Part shown: piece by piece, positions 18,299 through 27,122 of the stretch
Layout: every line of letters starts with the position of its first letter
Numbering within the stretch: the first letter of the stretch is position 1
Assembly: GCA_029866025.1 (NCBI GenBank)
Contig: JARXAD010000001.1
Span: forward strand, 229,873 to 293,872
From: Vampirovibrionales bacterium
GTDB lineage: Bacteria > Cyanobacteriota > Vampirovibrionia > Vampirovibrionales > Vampirovibrionaceae
Direction: 5' to 3'
DNA: 64,000 nucleotides
The notes under the pieces: model-generated
The model's input: only the letters and a program-made list of their open reading frames with translations
Databases searched by the model: none
Told to the model about the DNA's origin: nothing
Made by a program: the position numbers and the translations under genes

Positions 18299-19777
18299 AT
18301 GAGCCTTTGGCGACAGATTAGCTTTAGCATTGTGTTGGGATGGGTCATTGTGACCCTTCCACTGGTAGCGCTGGCCGGTATTAAAGTCCCTCAGCCTACA
18401 TCGTCATCAACCACCTTACCAGCGGTGTTAACAGTTCAACAGGTGGCGCAACGTATTCGACAGTATCACCCCACGTTGCGCCTAGCCCGCTTCGATGTTG
18501 GCTTGGCCAGTGCTAAACGCTTAGAAAAACAAGGGGCGTTTGATCCCGTACTAGCAGGTAGCAGCTATTTCAATCGCTACAATAGCTCGTCTTCTCCAGG
18601 CAAGGCTTTAGAAGCCGTGGAGGCCGATGGGGCCATTAAATTACAAACCCGATCTGGTATTGAAGTGATGACAGGGGCGAAACTAGCCCGTGGCGACATT
18701 AAAACGCCATTATCCCCAACCGGTGAGGGGGGCGAATATTACGCAGGTTTAAAAGTGCCCTTGTTGCGAGGGCTGGGCATTAATGCCAAAGCAGCCGAGG
18801 AACAAAAAGCACTTTTGGGAGAGCCTTTATCGGAAGCTTCGTTGCGGCAGGTTGAATTAAATGTATTGTTATCGGGCCTCAATGCGTATTGGGATTGGGT
18901 AGGTGCGTGGAAAAAACAACAAATCGAAACCGAGTTGCTCACTTTGGCTAACATTCGAACCCAAGCGGTAGAACGTTTAGCCGAAGCTGGAGATTCTCCC
19001 GCCATTGATGCGGTAGAAGCCCGTAGCGAGGTGCAACGCCGTGTGGGGCGTTTGGCCCGTGCCCAACGAAGTGCCGAGCAAGCCAGTAATAAACTAGCAG
19101 TGTTTTTGTGGGAAGAATTGACACCAACAACCACGCCTACACCCGTACTAACCACGATAGCCACTCCCACCCATGAACAGGTACCTTCTCAATGGGAGAT
19201 TCCAACCCCATATGGTACAGAAGCCTTGGCTGATGGCAAACTAAAAGCTTTGGCCTCTCGCCCTGAGTTAAAAGCGCTGGAGTTGTCGCGTCAGTTATCC
19301 CAAGTGGATGTGAAGCTTGCCAAAAATAATTTGCTCCCTCAATTAGACGCTCTCATTACCCAAGGCTTGGAAGTGGGCGATAGCGGCATTGGTCCTGTCA
19401 TCAAAGCAGGCATTAGCGTGGCCGTTCCGTTACGGTTGCGCACGGCTCAGGGCCAGTTAAAACAAGCAACCATTAGCGTCCAAAAGGTCACACTACAAGA
19501 ACAACAACTGATTCAGCGCATTTTTGTGGACATTGCCGATGCCCTATCGGCCATTAATGCGGCGTATGAACGGTATGAAGCAGCGAGTCAAGAATTATTA
19601 TTGGCTCAACAGTTGCAAGTTGGGGAACAAACCCGCTTTAATTTAGGCGATAGCACGGTGTTTCTCGTAAATCAACGTGAGCGGGCGGCAGCTGAGGCAA
19701 ATGTTACTTTGGTGGACGCGTTGGTGGATTATCAAGCGGCTGTCAATCAATACCAAGCTGTTACCGGGCAACTGTAG
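18299..19777 (+). CDS. TolC family outer-membrane efflux protein
   Basis: Signal peptide, GAFDP, OEP helical repeats, GDSTVFLVNQRE. Confidence 0.88.
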   Translation: MSLWRQISFSIVLGWVIVTLPLVALAGIKVPQPTSSSTTLPAVLTVQQVAQRIRQYHPTLRLARFDVGLASAKRLEKQGAFDPVLAGSSYFNRYNSSSSPGKALEAVEADGAIKLQTRSGIEVMTGAKLARGDIKTPLSPTGEGGEYYAGLKVPLLRGLGINAKAAEEQKALLGEPLSEASLRQVELNVLLSGLNAYWDWVGAWKKQQIETELLTLANIRTQAVERLAEAGDSPAIDAVEARSEVQRRVGRLARAQRSAEQASNKLAVFLWEELTPTTTPTPVLTTIATPTHEQVPSQWEIPTPYGTEALADGKLKALASRPELKALELSRQLSQVDVKLAKNNLLPQLDALITQGLEVGDSGIGPVIKAGISVAVPLRLRTAQGQLKQATISVQKVTLQEQQLIQRIFVDIADALSAINAAYERYEAASQELLLAQQLQVGEQTRFNLGDSTVFLVNQRERAAAEANVTLVDALVDYQAAVNQYQAVTGQL

Positions 19778-19980
19778 AAGAGCAAAGCGATAACAAAATC
19801 ATTCGCTTAGAGGGGCAACATCACCTCATTGCGATGTAAAAAAGGCAAGGTAAAGGGAACGTTTGTAAAAGGCGTATTCTTAATTTTATACTTTCGAACA
19901 CTACACACAAAGGCGGAAAGTTAAGCCTAGAATGGAAAAAGCCCTTTGGTTGGTTTGCCAACATGGGGAATCGTCAAAAA

Positions 19981-20057
19981 TGGTGGGCCATCGGTGACTT
20001 GAACACCGGACCTCACCCTTATCAGGGGTGCGCTCTAGCCAACTGAGCTAATGGCCC
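19981..20057 (-). tRNA. trnI: tRNA-Ile(GAU)
   Basis: Reverse complement GGGCCATTAGCTCAGTTGG..CACCCCTGATAAGGGTG..GTTCAAGTC..TGGCCCACCA; cloverleaf, anticodon GAT, encoded CCA. Confidence 0.96.
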
Positions 20058-20083
20058 ATCCAATTGTTAATTATTGACTGGTT

Positions 20084-20112
20084 ACAGTAGCAACCCCGCG
20101 CGTCGGTGTCAA
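20084..20112 (-). promoter_or_regulatory. Sigma70-type promoter for tRNA-Ile
   Basis: TTGACA-N17-TACTGT on the minus strand, just upstream of the tRNA. Confidence 0.7.
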
Positions 20113-20126
20113 TGTCGCTTATGGGC

Positions 20127-20741
20127 TTAAGAAACCACCGGCGCGTTATTCCCTCGTGGAGGAGGCTTAAATTTAAATAAGGCCTGCTTGGCTTCGATGC
20201 TTTTGGCAAAAATTTCAGCGGCCAATGCCTGTGTCATGTTCCATTGGTTTTGCACAATAACCATTGGGTTGGGTGCAAGGGTATTTAACAACGTGGTGCT
20301 AGTAGCCTGTTGTAATTGCATTAAAGTTGCTCGGCGTTGTTGCTCTAGTACGGCTGCCAACTGTAGAAATCCAGCTTTTCGCGCTAATTCTGCCTTAAAT
20401 GCCAATTCCATGGCCTGATTACGAATCAAATTGGCCATCAGTTGCTGCTGAGTTCGCTCCAACCAAGACAATGTATCGGTCGATGATTGCGCTGGGCTGC
20501 TAACCCCCCCCTGCCACGTGGTTTGCAGGTAGTTGGCAGTGGGCACCACCGTTTGCTGAGCCGCCTGCTGTGTGGCTGCCCATGCTTTTTGAATGGGGGC
20601 CGACACCCGGACATAGTCTGGTAACGTCGTTAGGGGAATAGCTGCAACGGTATTATCTATAGTGTTAGCGTTGAGTTCATTATTTCCAAATCGGTTTAAC
20701 GATAGGGGAAAGAGAGAAGGGGAAACGGCGAGTCGGGTCAT
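20127..20741 (-). CDS. Hypothetical Q/A/T-rich helical protein
   Basis: Open frame of about 204 aa from ATG 20741; N-terminal ..LSLNRFG; no recognised domain. Confidence 0.6.
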   Translation of the reverse strand: MTRLAVSPSLFPLSLNRFGNNELNANTIDNTVAAIPLTTLPDYVRVSAPIQKAWAATQQAAQQTVVPTANYLQTTWQGGVSSPAQSSTDTLSWLERTQQQLMANLIRNQAMELAFKAELARKAGFLQLAAVLEQQRRATLMQLQQATSTTLLNTLAPNPMVIVQNQWNMTQALAAEIFAKSIEAKQALFKFKPPPRGNNAPVVS

Positions 20742-20911
20742 GGCAGTAAGGAGGACACAAGGTTCAACGGAAGGGAACACTGCAATAAACGCGTCGCCAT
20801 GATTTTAGTTGCTCCGTAAGAGACGCCATCTTTATTCAAAGCCTATTTTTGATACCCTTAGAATCATAGCGTAATGCCTCTTTGACTCTAGGCACCTTAA
20901 GGACTATTTCC

Positions 20912-22591
20912 ATGATGGGTACTCCAGAAAACCTCAAAGTCTCTTCTAAACATTCCAACACGCCCTTGGTGCTGCTGATTTTAGACGGCTGGGGCTTGGA
21001 TGAGCGTACTGGCGATGTGCTGGCAGAGCATGGGGGGTGCCAGCATACTCAACATCCAGTGGCAACGGATAATCCGACCCAAACCCATGCACCGTATTTA
21101 ACCCAGTTGATGAAAACGTATCCTTGGATGCCGTTGCAGGCCAGTGGGCTATCGGTAGGCCTGCCCGTGGGTCAAATGGGTAACTCGGAAGTAGGGCACC
21201 TCACCATGGGCTCGGGCCGCATTGTGTACCAAGATTTAACTCTCATTGATCATGCTATTGAAACGGGCGAGCTGTTTACGAATGCCGTGCTGATTGCAGC
21301 CATGGAGCATGCCAAGACCCAAGGTACGACTTTAAACTTGATGGGACTGGTAAGCCCTGGTGGTGTTCATAGCCACGAAAATCACTTGCTAGCCTTGTTG
21401 GATATGGCTAAACAGCGGGGTGTTGCCCAAGTTCACGTGCATGCCTTTTTGGATGGACGCGATGTGCCGCCCCAAAGTGTTTTGGCGTCGTTAGAGCTGA
21501 TTGAGAAAAAGCTTCTAGAGCTGGACTATCCTCAAATTCAAACCATCAGTGGCCGGTATTACGCCATGGATCGTGACAAGCGTTGGGACCGCGTTGAGCT
21601 GGCCTACGATAACTTAACCTTGGCCACCGGCAAGCGCCATTTTTTAAGCTTAAAAGCCGTAGAAACCTATTATGCTGAAGGCATTACCGATGAGTTTATT
21701 CCCCCGTGCGTGACGGATATTACCTTTCAGGGTATTCAAGACAACGATGCCGTTATTTTCTTTAACTTTCGCCCCGATCGTGCGCGCCAAATCACCAAGG
21801 CCCTAACCCAAGAGGCGTTTCCACCCTTTGAGCGCAAAAAGCGCCCCGTTCCCCTTCATTTTGCGTGTATGACCACTTATGATGAGGCCTATGGCTTGCC
21901 CGTTGCCTACCCTAAAGACAACCTAACCCAAACTTTTGGTCAATTAATCTCTGATGCTGGCTTGCGCCAGTTCCGCTGCGCTGAAACCGAAAAATACGCG
22001 CATGTGACTTATTTTTTTAACGGCATGGAAGAAACCCCTTTTGCGGGGGAACAGCGCCGCCTCATTAATTCTCCCAAAGTGGCTACTTACGATTTGCAGC
22101 CGGAAATGAGTTTGCCCGCAGTGACGGACGCCGTGGTGAAAGCTATTACGGGCGGCCAGTTTGAAGTATTGATTGTAAACATTGCCAACCCTGATATGGT
22201 GGGCCATACCGGCTTTTTGGGTGCTGCTCAGCAAGCCGTAACGGCGGTGGATAATGCCATCCAACAAATCACCGAAGCGGTATTAGCCCAGCCTCAAGGG
22301 TGTTTGTTCATTACGGCCGATCACGGCAATGTGGAGCAAATGATGGATGAGGCCGGCGGCCCCCACACGGCCCATACCACCCATCGTGTGCCTTTTGTCG
22401 CCATTAGCCAGCATCAGCGCTTTGTGTTTGCAGAGGATGCTAAGGGGGATCGAGGCCTGAGCCATATTGCCCCAACGCTACTACAAGTATTAGGGTTGAC
22501 CATTCCACCTGTTATGCAGCCGTCGTTGTTGGCGGCTATTCACCCAGCCGCGCAAGTTTCTCCAGCCGCCGCCTCGGCTTGCTCTTTGTAA
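20912..22591 (+). CDS. gpmI: 2,3-bisphosphoglycerate-independent phosphoglycerate mutase
   Basis: LLILDGWG, GQMGNSEVGH, GRYYAMDRD, NFRPDRARQ, AETEKYAHVT, NPDMVGHTG, TADHGN. Confidence 0.97.
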   Translation: MMGTPENLKVSSKHSNTPLVLLILDGWGLDERTGDVLAEHGGCQHTQHPVATDNPTQTHAPYLTQLMKTYPWMPLQASGLSVGLPVGQMGNSEVGHLTMGSGRIVYQDLTLIDHAIETGELFTNAVLIAAMEHAKTQGTTLNLMGLVSPGGVHSHENHLLALLDMAKQRGVAQVHVHAFLDGRDVPPQSVLASLELIEKKLLELDYPQIQTISGRYYAMDRDKRWDRVELAYDNLTLATGKRHFLSLKAVETYYAEGITDEFIPPCVTDITFQGIQDNDAVIFFNFRPDRARQITKALTQEAFPPFERKKRPVPLHFACMTTYDEAYGLPVAYPKDNLTQTFGQLISDAGLRQFRCAETEKYAHVTYFFNGMEETPFAGEQRRLINSPKVATYDLQPEMSLPAVTDAVVKAITGGQFEVLIVNIANPDMVGHTGFLGAAQQAVTAVDNAIQQITEAVLAQPQGCLFITADHGNVEQMMDEAGGPHTAHTTHRVPFVAISQHQRFVFAEDAKGDRGLSHIAPTLLQVLGLTIPPVMQPSLLAAIHPAAQVSPAAASACSL

Positions 22592-22599
22592 AATACCCC

Positions 22600-23739
22600 C
22601 TAAGCGTTGGTAAGAACCGGAATAAAAGCCAAACTTTTGGGCAGCGGCAGTGTTTTTAGGGCCACTGGCATTAACTCAGTGGCGGGTGTTTTGCACACCG
22701 AGGGGGTTTGAGAGTATTTCCCCTGTGTGAGTAAAGTGGGGTCCCAACGTTTTGCGGTAGTATCCCAACTGACGGCACCTTTGCCTTGCCAGGGTTGAGA
22801 AATGGACCCACGACGCAAGGTGTACAACTGGGCATACCCAGCGTAATCATTGTATAAAAAGGTAAGGGTTTCGGGGCGATTCCACACCCCGGCTAGCTGC
22901 TCGGCGGTAAAGGCCACACAATAACGATACGCTGCGGCTAAGGTTTCTTGGTGTAATTGCTCATCGTTTAAGGCTTCCAGCCCATAACTGTTGCGTTCGG
23001 CGTGCAATCGAAACACCTCTTTGCGGGTGGCATGGGCTGTGTCGTGCCACCAGCTGTCAATAATGTCTGTAGCTTGTTCCACGTGTACTGCCCAGCTGGG
23101 GGCTTCGTACACGGGACGGAGAGACTCTATATGTTGAATGAGCCCCCCAAAGCCTGCATCAGTAATAAATCGAGTAAGCGCCAACCGGTAATCGTCGCAT
23201 ATCGAGGGGGCCATGCCGTTGGCGGCTTCAGAACGGGCATCATCCAGCAACAACGTAATGCTAAGGCCTGGGGCGTACAACTGTTTTACGGCGCAGCCCA
23301 CGCGGTGCAATTGGCAGTAAGTAAACCACTCAGCCCAATCCGGATGCTGATACTCTACATTATTACGATTTTTTAAAGGGCCATGAATGAGGGTTAATGG
23401 AATGGGTTGTTGAGCATCGATAGCCGCTTGAATGGTGGCCAATAGTGGGGCCTGCTCCGCTGGTTTGCGGCGGCAAAAACGCGCCGAGGTTAGGGCGGCT
23501 AATACAGCTTGAGCGAGATTGGGGTTTGCTTTGTTTTTGCCTGGGATGGTTGGCACTGTTGTGGCGTATTCGTTAACCCAGTGGGCTTTGTCTTCTAAAA
23601 AGGCAAGCAAGCTGGTTAGGTTAGGGGTCGCTGTATCTGGAAGACCATTTGGCACCAAGAGTTTAGAGGCCGAAGTCGGTGCTTTAGCCAACGGATGAGC
23701 CGTTTTTGTAGAGGGTGAAAGGAGAAGGGTAGAAGTCAC
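22600..23739 (-). CDS. Divergent PvcA/Dit1 (isocyanide synthase)-like protein
   Basis: Ordered motifs PIPLTL..GPLKNRN..PDWAE..L..V..YAPG..I...DD..Y..AL and C-terminal QPWQG parallel PvcA motifs PIEFVL..FPAKSPN..PDMAE..YAPGAKI..SDG..YQDAL..TPWHG (comparison from memory). Confidence 0.65.
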   Translation of the reverse strand: MTSTLLLSPSTKTAHPLAKAPTSASKLLVPNGLPDTATPNLTSLLAFLEDKAHWVNEYATTVPTIPGKNKANPNLAQAVLAALTSARFCRRKPAEQAPLLATIQAAIDAQQPIPLTLIHGPLKNRNNVEYQHPDWAEWFTYCQLHRVGCAVKQLYAPGLSITLLLDDARSEAANGMAPSICDDYRLALTRFITDAGFGGLIQHIESLRPVYEAPSWAVHVEQATDIIDSWWHDTAHATRKEVFRLHAERNSYGLEALNDEQLHQETLAAAYRYCVAFTAEQLAGVWNRPETLTFLYNDYAGYAQLYTLRRGSISQPWQGKGAVSWDTTAKRWDPTLLTQGKYSQTPSVCKTPATELMPVALKTLPLPKSLAFIPVLTNA

Positions 23740-23774
23740 AGTAGGTGGTTAGCTCGTCACAAAACAAAAGGAAC

Positions 23775-25082
23775 TTAGGCGATACAAGAGGAACGCAGAG
23801 GCGTTGAAGAACGGTTTTCTTGGAGACAAAGGGCCAAGCCGACCACCACGCCCAACAACACGATGGCGCTGACACCCCACAAGGCGGTGGCGTAGCCCAA
23901 GGTTGGCCCAGCCCAACCCATCCAAAACATACCCAAGGCAATGCCGCTATCATTTAGCATTGAGAAGGTGGCCATGGCTGCTCCTTGGCGCTCAGGCTCG
24001 GCTTTATCGGACGCAATGGCCATCAGAGCTGGCTGTACCGATCCTGCTGCCAAGCCGTATAAGCCCGTTGCTGCTAAAAAGGGCAGCAAGCTGTGGGTTT
24101 GTTGAAGCCAAAGGATGGCGACACCCACCAATAGCATGCCCGGTAGCGCCACCACCAAACGACCCCACCGCGAGGCCCACTGATCCGACAACGGCCCCGT
24201 AAGACCACGAGAGGCAATGAGAGTAACGGCGTACACGGTATAAAACCAGCCAATATCCGTAGAAGTGGTGGCGGTGGGCAATAACTCGCTTGCTAACTGC
24301 GGTACAAATGGAATCAGTGCCCCGTACACCAGGCTGCTGGTGGTCATCAGGGCTCCTGGTGTGCAAGCCTTCGGGTGAATCAATCGATTCCACTGAAAGG
24401 TTACAGGTGTGGCTGTTAACGCTCCTGAGGAACCGCTTTGACTGGTTTCGTGATTGGTCTGTTGGGTGTAACGAATCAATAACATAACCCACAGCAACGC
24501 CAAAGCACCGGTAAGAGTTGCCCACAGGTAGGGGTTGGCGGCGATTCCTTTGGATTGTTGGCTCCACAGCCAAATGCCCGCAGGCGGTGCCAAAGCCATG
24601 GCCAGCTTCATAATGTTGCCGAAAATGCCCATAGCTTCTGCTTTTCGTTTGGTAGGGGTTAGCAAAATAAGCCAGCGGCTTGCCCCTGTGTACACCACGG
24701 CAAAAGCTAATCCCTGTAGTAAGCGCAAAGGAAGCCAACCCATGCCATTAAGCCATTGAGGAGAAACCAAAGTATAGAAGGCTGTGGTTACAGTAAACAA
24801 GAGGGTTCCGGCCATCACTAGCCGTGGGGCTTGGAAACGATCCACCCAATACCCGGCAAAAGGCCGACTGGCCAACGATGCCACGGCAAACGACGAGAGC
24901 AATAAGCCAATAGTAGACGCCGAGACGTGGTGCGTTTTTAAATAGGCAGGAATAACCGGTAATAACAGGTGATAGCTAATAAAAAAGGTAAGCAGCACAC
25001 CACACAAAAGCACAAAGGAGGGTGTCCACAAGGACGTGTGTGCGACGGGTAATAGAGAAGGTTGAGAGGCAGGAGCGGTCAT
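23775..25082 (-). CDS. MFS transporter
   Basis: About 12 TM segments, RPFAGYWVDRF motif A, LRLLQG, GPLSDQW..RWGR, PERQGAAMA. Confidence 0.92.
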   Translation of the reverse strand: MTAPASQPSLLPVAHTSLWTPSFVLLCGVLLTFFISYHLLLPVIPAYLKTHHVSASTIGLLLSSFAVASLASRPFAGYWVDRFQAPRLVMAGTLLFTVTTAFYTLVSPQWLNGMGWLPLRLLQGLAFAVVYTGASRWLILLTPTKRKAEAMGIFGNIMKLAMALAPPAGIWLWSQQSKGIAANPYLWATLTGALALLWVMLLIRYTQQTNHETSQSGSSGALTATPVTFQWNRLIHPKACTPGALMTTSSLVYGALIPFVPQLASELLPTATTSTDIGWFYTVYAVTLIASRGLTGPLSDQWASRWGRLVVALPGMLLVGVAILWLQQTHSLLPFLAATGLYGLAAGSVQPALMAIASDKAEPERQGAAMATFSMLNDSGIALGMFWMGWAGPTLGYATALWGVSAIVLLGVVVGLALCLQENRSSTPLRSSCIA

Positions 25083-25231
25083 TAATCTCACGGCACTGAC
25101 TGTGGAAACGGGTAAAACCTAAGATTTGTCCTTACTTAAAGTAAAGCCAAACCCCAAACAATAATTGCTTTGGAGTGAATGCGAATAGCCTGACAGCACT
25201 AAAGTGGAGTGTTATTAAAACACAAACCCGA

Positions 25232-25256
25232 CCAGTTGAGAATAATTCTTAACTGG
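25232..25256. promoter_or_regulatory. Fur-family (Fur/Zur/PerR) 7-1-7 box overlapping the putative -35 of the MFS operon
   Basis: CCAGTTGAGAATAATTCTTAACTGG, a 25-bp palindrome with one mismatched pair; core TGAGAAT-A-ATTCTTA; minus-strand TTCTCA-N17-TTTAAT. Confidence 0.7.
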
Positions 25257-25317
25257 AATGGTTGATTCCACCATTTATTAAATGACTGCAGCCCAAAATG
25301 GCTTTTGCCTATTTTTA

Positions 25318-25465
25318 GGCAAAAAGAAAGCCGACAGAGTCGGCTATAGGGGGGAAGACTTTGATAAAGTCACTGTGGGAGATAGGGGGGAGGTGTAAAG
25401 GGATTAACCCTTACATTAAAATAAAAACAGTGACTTCCTGAAAATTGCGTATCTTTCTCATATCT
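25318..25465 (-). ncRNA. Candidate structured small RNA / leader ending in an intrinsic terminator
   Basis: Minus strand: AAGTCACTGT..ACAGTGACTT stem enclosing a TGTAAGGG-TTAAT-CCCTTTACA hairpin, C-rich tracts, then AGCCGAC-TCT-GTCGGCT-TTCTTTTT; upstream TTGCAA-N16-TAGCAT. Confidence 0.45.
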
Positions 25466-25593
25466 GTTACATGCTAAAATAATATGTTGCTCTTGCAACA
25501 GAAACAGAAAGAATTTCTTAAGAACGGTCGTCAATGCTTAAGAAACTCCGAATACCTTCTTGTTGTATCATTGGTTGCAACAATGGGCAATCC

Positions 25594-25611
25594 GTTACAA
25601 TAAGTTACACA
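25594..25611 (+). promoter_or_regulatory. HLR1-like direct repeat (OmpR-family binding site)
   Basis: GTTACAAT-AA-GTTACACA, 10-bp period, upstream of the histidine kinase. Confidence 0.45.
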
Positions 25612-25670
25612 ATGAATTTTCTCATATTGGCAGTGCTCACGTGCTCACTCATAAAAACAGTTGGTTTGAT

Positions 25671-27122
25671 ATGACGGTTTCCCCAGCATCACACATGACG
25701 GTTCAAAACGATTCGGCGCGAAGCTTGGAGCGGTTGTTGGGGTGTATGAATAACACCCACACTACTTATGGCAAAGAAACGTTGTTTAGTATGGCCAGTG
25801 CCTTGCTGCAATGGATTCGCCAGCAATCTCAGCCGGCCTGGGTCCTCAGTCATGTGATACCGGAAAACGCCAATGGCAATGCCGATTGGGAAACGCTACT
25901 GGCCCCTCTGGCTTCAGCCCCTTTGGTGCAGTGGTGTCATCTCTCTTCTCAAAGTCCCCCCCTCTCGTCCAGCTTTATTTTGATGGGTTCCGTTCAAGGC
26001 TTGGCTGGGGTGGTGTGGCAGGCCGATGCGCGTCGGGCCCTCTCCACTTACAGTGGTGGTTGGACGGTGTCTGCCGGTGAAACATGGGCCATGGTGGATT
26101 GGGTCTTGCCTCAATGCCGAGAAGGGATAGTACCTGAAAACTTATTGGCCTTAATCACCCAGCAAAAAGTCTTAAAAACAGAAGCGCCCGCCGATCCTCG
26201 TTTGGAAGGCCTGCTTAAAAGCTTAATCCAAGGCTTGGAACACCAAAACAACGCCTTAATTTCAGTCAATGAAGACCTCAAGCGCCTGAATAAGCAGGTG
26301 GTGGATCATGAACGCCTGGCAGCCATTGGCCAGTTGTGTTCCGTGGTGGCCCACGAAATTCGTAACCCATTGGGGCTTATTGATTTGTACGCCAAGCTGG
26401 TGGAAGGCCAGTTAAACAAAGTGATTGCCGATACAGGAGCGGGAGAGCATCCGGCGATGCCAACGGTGCTTAGCAATTTGGCAATGGTCAGTGAGGCCGT
26501 GCAAGGCTTGGAAGTGATCTTGGGAGAACTCACCCAGTATTCACGTCCCGTTGAGCTTGAACTCGTTTCTACTCCTGTCGTGCCCTTGGTGCAGCATGTG
26601 TGTCAGTTTTATCAACCCAAGTACGATGAAAAAGGCGTGACCTTAACGGTTCATGCCTCAGAGGGGATGGAGCACACCGTCTTTGCCAAGCTGGATGCGG
26701 CTCGCATTCGCCAAGCCTTGATTAACCTCCTTAAAAATGCTTTGGAAGCTTCGGCTAAAGGCACCACCGTATCCGTTACTATTGCCAGCCGCCAAAACGA
26801 CCATGACGTATACATTAAAGTGGCGGATGAAGGCAGTGGCATTAGCGAAGGGGCTCAGGCCAAACTGTTTACCCCGTATTTTTCTACCAAGGGTAATGGT
26901 ACCGGTCTGGGATTGGCTCACAGCCAAAAAATTCTTCAAGCCCATGGCGGACGGGTGGCCTTATTGTCATCGGCCACTGCGGCAGAAGCCGAACTGATTG
27001 GCACCAAACGCAATGCGGGAAGTACCTTTGCCCTCATTCTGCCTCGTGATTATGGATCACCCTTGGAACGAACAGAGAAAGCTGCCCCGCCGGAAGGAAC
27101 CTCTTTTAATGAAACGAACTGA
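25671..27122 (+). CDS. Orphan sensor histidine kinase with a degenerate DICT-like input domain
   Basis: H-box VAHEIRNPL, N-box NLLKNALEA, DEGSGI, FTPYFSTK, GTGLGL; N-terminal YGKETL.. and GGWT resemble DICT. Confidence 0.9.
   Translation: MTVSPASHMTVQNDSARSLERLLGCMNNTHTTYGKETLFSMASALLQWIRQQSQPAWVLSHVIPENANGNADWETLLAPLASAPLVQWCHLSSQSPPLSSSFILMGSVQGLAGVVWQADARRALSTYSGGWTVSAGETWAMVDWVLPQCREGIVPENLLALITQQKVLKTEAPADPRLEGLLKSLIQGLEHQNNALISVNEDLKRLNKQVVDHERLAAIGQLCSVVAHEIRNPLGLIDLYAKLVEGQLNKVIADTGAGEHPAMPTVLSNLAMVSEAVQGLEVILGELTQYSRPVELELVSTPVVPLVQHVCQFYQPKYDEKGVTLTVHASEGMEHTVFAKLDAARIRQALINLLKNALEASAKGTTVSVTIASRQNDHDVYIKVADEGSGISEGAQAKLFTPYFSTKGNGTGLGLAHSQKILQAHGGRVALLSSATAAEAELIGTKRNAGSTFALILPRDYGSPLERTEKAAPPEGTSFNETN

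Noticed and set aside
25195..25215. CIRCE-like AGCACT..GAGTGTTA
   Set aside because: Spacer too short, arms mismatched, and not upstream of chaperone genes
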